Assembly: GCA_034723415.1 (NCBI GenBank) | Contig: JAYEOX010000105.1 | Span: forward strand, 1-12,872 | DNA length: 12,872 bases | Direction of reading: 5' to 3' | Origin: Fidelibacterota bacterium | Lineage (GTDB): Bacteria > Fidelibacterota > Fidelibacteria > Fidelibacterales > Fidelibacteraceae | Shown here: positions 7,048 to 12,872 of the stretch, piece after piece | Layout: the number at the start of each line of letters is the position of its first letter | Numbering within the stretch: the first letter of the stretch is position 1 | Notes under the pieces: generated by a model | What the model saw: only the letters and a program-made list of their open reading frames with translations | The model's database searches: none | Told to the model about the DNA's origin: nothing | Made by a program: the position numbers and the translations under genes

Positions 7048-8823
7048 ATGTCAAGAAATAATATTGTTATAGGAATAGCAGGTTCCGGTGGAGATGGTAT
7101 TATCACTGCCGGTGATTTGTTAATGAAGTCAGCATCTAAAGATGGCTTGTTTGTTTTTATGTTAAAAAGTTATGGTCCACAGATTCGTGGTGGCGAGAGT
7201 TCGATAAAATTAAGAATGAGTCAAAATCCCGTTGCAACTCAAGGCGACAAATTGGATATTTTAGTTGTTCTCAATTGGAAGGATTTCCCACGATTTAAAT
7301 TAGAATTACTATTAGAAGATGAGGTGGTAATTATCAGTGATTCTGCCGACAAATTTCCTGAAGAGGATATTCCAATAGATAAAAACAAGATGAAAAAATG
7401 GTATAAAATTCCAATTGCAAAAATTGCAAAAGAAGCGAGTGGAACTACACAATCAAAAAATATAGTTATGCTTGGAATTATTTCAGAATTATTTAATTTA
7501 CCAAAAGAGACATTAAAAAAATCTATAAAGAAAAAATTTGATAGAAAAGGTCAAAAAGTTGTCGATACAAACATTAATGCAATAAATGCAGGACAAAATT
7601 ATGTTATCAATTCTTTAGAAAAAATTGATGATCTGGTTTTTGAATATAAGAAAAATGATCCACGAATTGTAATGGACGGAAATGAAGCAATCGCTTACGG
7701 AGCAGTTTATGCAGGATTAGAATATTTTGCCGGATATCCAATTACACCCTCTTCGGAAATTATGCAGTGGATAGCAAAATTTTTGCCAAAATACGGCGGA
7801 ACAGTTATGCAAATGGAAGATGAACTTGCTTCAATAAATGCAGTAATAGGTGCATCATTTGCAGGGAAAAAATCTATGACAGCAACTTCCGGTGCCGGTA
7901 TTTCTTTGATGAATGAAGGAATTGGATTGGCATCAATGACAGAATTACCAGCTGTTATTGTAAATGTTCAACGAGGCGGGCCCTCTACAGGACTTCCAAC
8001 AAAAACCGAACAAGCTGATCTAATGCAAGCAATTTGGGGAAGCCACGGCGATTCTCCAAGAGTAGTTCTAGCACCGGCTGATGTAGAAGATTGTTTCGAC
8101 ACAACTATATTAGCATTCTACATAGCAGAAAAATATCAAATGCCTGTAATAATATTATCGGATGGTTTTATCGGTCATAGAAAAGAATCCATTAATCCTG
8201 AGAGAATAAAAAGTAAAAAATCAGGTTTCAAAAAAATCAACAGAAGACAAACTCCAAATGAAGAAGAATTAAAAGATTATAAGAGGTTTAAATATACGAA
8301 AACCGGAATTTCACCAATCGCATATCCAGGTATAAAAGGTGGTGAACATCAAACGGCAGGAATTGAGCATGATGAATATGGTTTTCCTTCTTCTGATGTG
8401 GATATTCATCATAAAATGACATTTAAACGATATGCTAAATATGATGCAATAAAAAAAGAATTTGATTTTAAGAGATTCTATGGCGACGAAGATGCAGAAA
8501 TTGGAATCATTGCTTGGGGTTCTACAAAAGGCGCTGTAAAAGAAGCAGTTAAAAAAGCTCAAGAAAATGGAATAAAAATTCATGCAATTATTCCACAAAT
8601 CATTTATCCATTTTTAACTAAATCATTTAAAGAGTTCTTAAAAAAGAAAAAGAAAGTAATTGTTGTTGAAATGGCATATTCCGGTCCATTCGTTAGATAT
8701 TTAAGAGGATTTGTTGATTTTGGGAAATATAATGTGAAGATATATCCATATCGCATTCCGGGTGGAGCGCCATTTACTGTTGAAGAGATATTAGAACAAA
8801 TAACTGAAGTTGTTAAAAAATAA
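7048..8823 (+). CDS. korA: 2-oxoacid:ferredoxin oxidoreductase alpha subunit (gamma-alpha fusion, KorA-like; substrate not determinable)
   Basis: N-terminal gamma-like domain GSGGDGIITAG...YGPQIRGG; GNEAIA, YPITP, QMEDE, TATSGAG, VQRGGPSTGLPT. GAGG ribosome-binding site upstream. Confidence 0.92.
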   Translation: MSRNNIVIGIAGSGGDGIITAGDLLMKSASKDGLFVFMLKSYGPQIRGGESSIKLRMSQNPVATQGDKLDILVVLNWKDFPRFKLELLLEDEVVIISDSADKFPEEDIPIDKNKMKKWYKIPIAKIAKEASGTTQSKNIVMLGIISELFNLPKETLKKSIKKKFDRKGQKVVDTNINAINAGQNYVINSLEKIDDLVFEYKKNDPRIVMDGNEAIAYGAVYAGLEYFAGYPITPSSEIMQWIAKFLPKYGGTVMQMEDELASINAVIGASFAGKKSMTATSGAGISLMNEGIGLASMTELPAVIVNVQRGGPSTGLPTKTEQADLMQAIWGSHGDSPRVVLAPADVEDCFDTTILAFYIAEKYQMPVIILSDGFIGHRKESINPERIKSKKSGFKKINRRQTPNEEELKDYKRFKYTKTGISPIAYPGIKGGEHQTAGIEHDEYGFPSSDVDIHHKMTFKRYAKYDAIKKEFDFKRFYGDEDAEIGIIAWGSTKGAVKEAVKKAQENGIKIHAIIPQIIYPFLTKSFKEFLKKKKKVIVVEMAYSGPFVRYLRGFVDFGKYNVKIYPYRIPGGAPFTVEEILEQITEVVKK

Positions 8824-8838
8824 ATAAGGATTAAAATA

Positions 8839-9690
8839 ATGGAAAAATTTACAGTAAAAGATTATAAAAGTAAAATTAAACCTGTCTGGTGTCCTGGTTG
8901 TGGTGATTATGGTGTTTTAAATTCTCTTTATAAAGCATTAGAAAAGTTGCAACTTCCACCACACAAAACTGCGGTAATGTCAGGTATTGGATGTTCAAGT
9001 AGATTGCCGGGCTATATGGGAACTTATGGATTCAATGGGATTCACGGAAGAGTATTACCATTAGCAAGTGGTGCAAAAATGGCGAATCCGGAAAATACTG
9101 TTATTGCTGTTGGTGGAGATGGCGATGGATTTTCTATTGGTGGTGGACATATAATGCATGCTGCTCGAAAAAATATTGATATTACTTATATTGTAATGGA
9201 CAATTCAATTTATGGTTTAACGAAAGGACAAGCATCTCCAACTACTCCATTAGGAATTACAACAAAAACTACAATTTATGGAAATGTCGGAACAACATTT
9301 AATCCTATTAGAACATTAATTGCATATAAAGCATCATTTGTTGCTAGAATATTTTCTGCCAATATAAAACATTCAACAGATATAATTGCTAAGGCAATTG
9401 CACATAAGGGGTTTTCATTTGTCGAGGTGTTATCTCCTTGTGTTACATTTAGAGGAAAGGAACAGTATGATTACTTCAGAGAAAAAAGTTTTATCATCCC
9501 GGATTCTTACGATCCCTCTAATGAAGTAAAGGCATTTGATTATGCCAACGATGAGGATACTTTGGAACTTGGAATAATTTATAAAAAATCTCGCCCTACT
9601 TATGATGAGGCGTTAGAAGAAGTGAGGATCAAAGCAAAAAATGATGGGGTTCCATCAAAATTAGGTCTATTGAATAATTTTGAAGTTTGA
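8839..9690 (+). CDS. korB: 2-oxoacid:ferredoxin oxidoreductase beta subunit (TPP-binding)
   Basis: WCPGCG, SGIGCS, HGR, TPP motif GDGD...MDNSIYGLTKGQASP, and SPCVTF. AAGGA ribosome-binding site. Confidence 0.93.
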   Translation: MEKFTVKDYKSKIKPVWCPGCGDYGVLNSLYKALEKLQLPPHKTAVMSGIGCSSRLPGYMGTYGFNGIHGRVLPLASGAKMANPENTVIAVGGDGDGFSIGGGHIMHAARKNIDITYIVMDNSIYGLTKGQASPTTPLGITTKTTIYGNVGTTFNPIRTLIAYKASFVARIFSANIKHSTDIIAKAIAHKGFSFVEVLSPCVTFRGKEQYDYFREKSFIIPDSYDPSNEVKAFDYANDEDTLELGIIYKKSRPTYDEALEEVRIKAKNDGVPSKLGLLNNFEV

Positions 9691-9745
9691 TTCAAGAAAG
9701 AATTTTACGCATAATAGTGAAATAGAGTTATGGGTTTCAAATTTC

Positions 9746-9761
9746 CCCGCTTGCAGGCGGG
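9746..9761. repeat. GC-rich 16-bp near-perfect palindrome embedded in TTTCAA-type short repeats
   Basis: CCCGCTTGCAGGCGGG (one mismatch from a perfect palindrome), flanked by tttcaaa-tttc and tttcaag-tttcaat. Confidence 0.5.
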
Positions 9762-9817
9762 CAAGTAATTTCAAGTTTCAATTATCGAATATTAAACTAT
9801 AAAAAACTAAATATTAA

Positions 9818-10375
9818 ATGAATATCATTTCAATAATTATTGTGGCTGTTGCGCTATCTGTCGATTCTTTTACTGTATCAATTGTTAATGGATGTACATT
9901 TAAAAATATCTCTATTAAAAAATATTTCGAAACAGCTTTTATTGTCTCTGGATTTCATATTATTTTATTATCGTTAGGATGGTTTATTGGATATAAATTT
10001 GGAAAATATTTTGTTGAAATCGGTCATTGGATCGCTTTTGTTTTATTATTAATTATTGGATTAAAAATGATCTATGAAGGTATAAAAAAGAGGAATACAG
10101 TAAACGAAAGTAATTTAACAATGCCAATAATAATTGGTCAAGCATTCGCTACGAGTATTGATGCTTTTGCAATTGGAATAAGTTTTGCTTTTTTAAATAT
10201 CGTTCTTATCCTTCCATTACTGATTATTGGAAGTGTTACTCTTCTATTTACTATTCTCGGTTTGTATATTGGTAAATATTTTTGTAAAATACTATTTGAA
10301 AGATTTGAAATCATTGGTGGCTTGATTTTAATTGGTATTGGAATAAAGATTATAATTGAATATATTTACTTTTAG
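9818..10375 (+). CDS. mntP: Manganese efflux pump MntP family (DUF204 x2)
   Basis: 185 aa, very hydrophobic; ALSVDSF and ATSIDAF motifs, HWIAFVLLLIIGLKMIYE, EIIGGLILIGIG. Confidence 0.9.
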   Translation: MNIISIIIVAVALSVDSFTVSIVNGCTFKNISIKKYFETAFIVSGFHIILLSLGWFIGYKFGKYFVEIGHWIAFVLLLIIGLKMIYEGIKKRNTVNESNLTMPIIIGQAFATSIDAFAIGISFAFLNIVLILPLLIIGSVTLLFTILGLYIGKYFCKILFERFEIIGGLILIGIGIKIIIEYIYF

Positions 10376-10376
10376 T

Positions 10377-11474
10377 ATGATAAAAACAGAAAACAATAAA
10401 AAAATCGGTGTCGCTGTGAGTGGTGGAATTGACAGCTCTGTTGCAATACATATTCTCCAACAAAATGGATATGATCCAATTGGTTTTACACTAAAATTAT
10501 TAGATGATAAAAATGAAAAAATTGATGTGGTAAATAGAGCAAAAAAAGTTTGTGAAAAATTTAATATTGAACATGTTGTCATTGATGGTCGCGAAATATT
10601 TAAGAAAATGATAAAAGATGATTTTGCTAAAGAATATTTACATGGTAACACTCCAAATCCTTGCGTTTTATGTAACAAGATAATTAAGTGGAATTTAATC
10701 CTCAATGAATTGGATGAAAGAAAAATTAAATATTTTGCAACAGGACATTATTGTAAAAATATTTTCAATAATGTAACAAATCGTTTTGAAATTCATAAAG
10801 CAAATGATAAGAAAAAAGATCAATCATATTTTTTGTGGAAATTGACCCAAAAAGAATTATCACGAACAATTTTTCCACTTGGAAATTTTCAAAAAGAAAA
10901 AATACAAGAAATTGCCGAAGAAATAAATCTATTCAATTCAGAAAGAACTGAAAGCCAGGATATCTGTTTTATTTCCAATAATGATTATCGACATTTTCTA
11001 AATGAAAATTACAAAGAGGAAATCAATAAAATTCAAAAAGGAACTTTTGTTAATGAAGATGGAGAAATTTTAGGCCATCACAACGGTTATTATAATTTTA
11101 CTATAGGTCAAAGACGAGGACTAAAAATTGCAGTAGGACATAGGATTTTTGTTAAGGAAATTATCCCCGAAAAGAACGAAGTAATTTTAGCAGAGAAAGA
11201 ACATTTACTATCGAATGAATGTCTTTTAAAAAATGTAAATCTTGTTTCTGTTCCGAATATTGAAAATGGAACCCTTGTTACAATTAAAATCAGATACAGA
11301 CATATTGGAATAAAAGCTAAACTTTTTCAACAAGACAAATCAAAAATGTTGGTAAAATTTAATACTCCTGCAAAAGCTGTAACACCCGGTCAATCAGCTG
11401 TTTTTTATGATGGCGAACTTTTATTAGGTGGAGGAATTATTAGCAACGAACAAAATCTAACTAAAACGAACTAA
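10377..11474 (+). CDS. mnmA: tRNA-specific 2-thiouridylase (U34)
   Basis: PP-loop SGGIDS, TPNPCVLCN, ATGHY, KDQSYFL, ESQDICF, TIGQRRG, PGQSAV. Start placed at ATG 10377, one base after the mntP stop, rather than TTG 10356. Confidence 0.96.
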   Translation: MIKTENNKKIGVAVSGGIDSSVAIHILQQNGYDPIGFTLKLLDDKNEKIDVVNRAKKVCEKFNIEHVVIDGREIFKKMIKDDFAKEYLHGNTPNPCVLCNKIIKWNLILNELDERKIKYFATGHYCKNIFNNVTNRFEIHKANDKKKDQSYFLWKLTQKELSRTIFPLGNFQKEKIQEIAEEINLFNSERTESQDICFISNNDYRHFLNENYKEEINKIQKGTFVNEDGEILGHHNGYYNFTIGQRRGLKIAVGHRIFVKEIIPEKNEVILAEKEHLLSNECLLKNVNLVSVPNIENGTLVTIKIRYRHIGIKAKLFQQDKSKMLVKFNTPAKAVTPGQSAVFYDGELLLGGGIISNEQNLTKTN

Positions 11475-11512
11475 AATAAAATGTTTAATATAATTAATGA
11501 AATGAAAAATTT

Positions 11513-12328
11513 ATGAGTAAATCAAAAATGAACAAAAAGACAACAGTAAAAACATTGCAAAAAATGAAAAAGCGTGGTGAAAAAATCACAGCATTAACTG
11601 CTTATGATTCTCTTTTCGCCGGATATTTAGAGAAATCGGGAATCGATGTCATTTTAGTTGGCGATAGTGTTGGAATGGTTTATGCCGGACAAGAAACGAC
11701 AATTCCAGTAACAATTGAAGAAATAATTTATCATACAAAAGCAGTTAAAAAAAGTGTTAAAAATTCCTTACTCGTTGCAGATATGCCATTTATGTCTTAT
11801 CAAGTCAATTCGGAAGAAACACTAAAAAACGCCGGAAGAATATTAAAAGAAAGTGGGGCAGAAAGTGTAAAGATGGAAGGTGGCAAAGAAATTGCTGACT
11901 CTGTTATCCGTTGTGTAAATGCAGGAATTCCCGTGATGGGACATCTTGGACTAACTCCACAATCAATTCATAAATTCGGAAGTTATAAAGTTCAAGGGAA
12001 ATCAGAACAAGCGAAAGATAAAATAATAAAAGATGCAATTGATTTACAAAAAGCGGGTTGTTATGCAATTGTATTAGAAAAAATTCCTGCATCATTAGCG
12101 AAAGAAATTACAAAGAAATTAGACATTCCTACAATTGGGATCGGAGCTGGGAAATATACCGATGGACAAATATTAGTTACTTATGATATGCTTGGAATGT
12201 TTGAAAAATTTAAGCCAAAATTTGCGAGAAGATACATGGAACTCGCAACTGAAATAAAAAAATCTATAAAAGAATATGTTAATGATGTGAAAGATAATAA
12301 TTTCCCATCTGAAGACGAAAGTTTTTGA
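11513..12328 (+). CDS. panB: 3-methyl-2-oxobutanoate hydroxymethyltransferase
   Basis: LTAYD, ILVGDS, VADMPFMSY, VKMEGG, GHLGLTPQS, PTIGIGAG, DGQILV. An alternative ATG exists at 11528. Confidence 0.97.
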   Translation: MSKSKMNKKTTVKTLQKMKKRGEKITALTAYDSLFAGYLEKSGIDVILVGDSVGMVYAGQETTIPVTIEEIIYHTKAVKKSVKNSLLVADMPFMSYQVNSEETLKNAGRILKESGAESVKMEGGKEIADSVIRCVNAGIPVMGHLGLTPQSIHKFGSYKVQGKSEQAKDKIIKDAIDLQKAGCYAIVLEKIPASLAKEITKKLDIPTIGIGAGKYTDGQILVTYDMLGMFEKFKPKFARRYMELATEIKKSIKEYVNDVKDNNFPSEDESF

Positions 12329-12394
12329 AATTATTAAATCACATTTTTTTTAATAATATATAAATCTATATTAGGAAAAAAATATCTAAAATAT

Positions 12395-12423
12395 TTGGAT
12401 ATTCAATAATAATTTATTATACT
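12395..12423 (+). promoter_or_regulatory. Candidate sigma70 promoter for thioredoxin
   Basis: TTGGAT (12395-12400), N17, TATACT (12418-12423), about 40 bp upstream of the start codon. Confidence 0.45.
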
Positions 12424-12462
12424 TTAAATTAATTTGAAATTTTGAATAAAAGGAGAAAAGAA

Positions 12463-12816
12463 TTGGAACATTTGACAAAAGAAACTTTTTTAGAAAAAGT
12501 TTTTAACTATGAAAAGAATAAGGAATGGAAATTTGAAGGTGAGTTGCCTTGTATAATTGACTTTTATGCAGATTGGTGCCAACCGTGCAAAATAGTTGCA
12601 CCGGTTTTAGAAGAGCTTTCAAAAGAACACGAAGGTAAATTAAATATTTTCAAAGTTGACACAGAGAAAGAACAAGAACTTGCCGGAGCTTTTGGAATTC
12701 GTAGTATTCCATCAATGTTATTTTGCCCTAAAGAGGGAAAACCACAAATGGCACAGGGAGCGCTTCCAAAGGATTCGCTTCAAAAAGCATTTAAAGATAT
12801 TTTAAATGTAGAATAA
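12463..12816 (+). CDS. trxA: Thioredoxin (WCQPC active site)
   Basis: IIDFYADWCQPCK...KVDTE...GIRSIPS...GALPK. Start placed at TTG 12463 because AGGAG (12451-12455) precedes it by 7 nt; 117 aa. Confidence 0.92.
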   Translation: MEHLTKETFLEKVFNYEKNKEWKFEGELPCIIDFYADWCQPCKIVAPVLEELSKEHEGKLNIFKVDTEKEQELAGAFGIRSIPSMLFCPKEGKPQMAQGALPKDSLQKAFKDILNVE

Positions 12817-12839
12817 ATATATCTAAATATCTTAAATTT

Positions 12840-12872
12840 AAAATCCCATGTTTTATTAACATGGGATTTTTT
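12840..12872 (+). terminator. Rho-independent terminator after trxA (possibly bidirectional)
   Basis: AAAATCCCATGTT-ttatt-AACATGGGATTTT(TT): a 13-bp perfect inverted repeat ending in a T-run. Confidence 0.85.

Noticed and set aside
8311..8598. 95-aa minus-strand ORF
   Set aside because: Antisense to korA; the Phe/Cys-rich composition is typical of shadow frames.
9691..9817. Possible yybP-ykoY manganese riboswitch upstream of mntP
   Set aside because: The conserved GGGGAGUA / GAGACC-type elements and four-way junction are not visible; only one short hairpin is present. An Rfam covariance search would be decisive.
10328..10705. 125-aa minus-strand ORF
   Set aside because: Antisense to mntP/mnmA; no independent evidence.
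11904..12095. 63-aa minus-strand ORF
   Set aside because: Antisense to panB; no motifs.
1..12872. tRNA/rRNA genes and CRISPR arrays
   Set aside because: Intergenic gaps are short and AT-rich; no cloverleaf or regularly spaced repeat-spacer pattern was seen.

Overview
AT-rich bacterial chromosomal window made up mostly of housekeeping genes in two divergent blocks. On the minus strand: topA (zinc-free, Topo_C_Rpt type), an overlapping glyQS (alpha2 glycyl-tRNA synthetase), a class II Fic-family gene, a displaced second copy of the glyQS 3' end, and a signal peptide-patatin-POTRA gene (PlpD/type Vd-like). That last gene runs off the left edge and is missing from the ORF track. On the plus strand: 2-oxoacid:ferredoxin oxidoreductase alpha and beta, mntP, mnmA, panB, thioredoxin and a terminator. 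The most notable structure is an integrase-free islet with a 1467-bp unit. The fic gene lies between two 151-bp direct repeats of the glyQS 3' coding end, which differ at 13 positions (10 synonymous). The simplest reading is that an incoming cassette replaced the C-terminus of an essential synthetase. The fic leader also carries two tandem 28-bp palindromes (A[G/A]TAAAATA-N10-TATTTTACT) that look like autoregulatory operators. All calls come from manual motif reading; no database searches were run.
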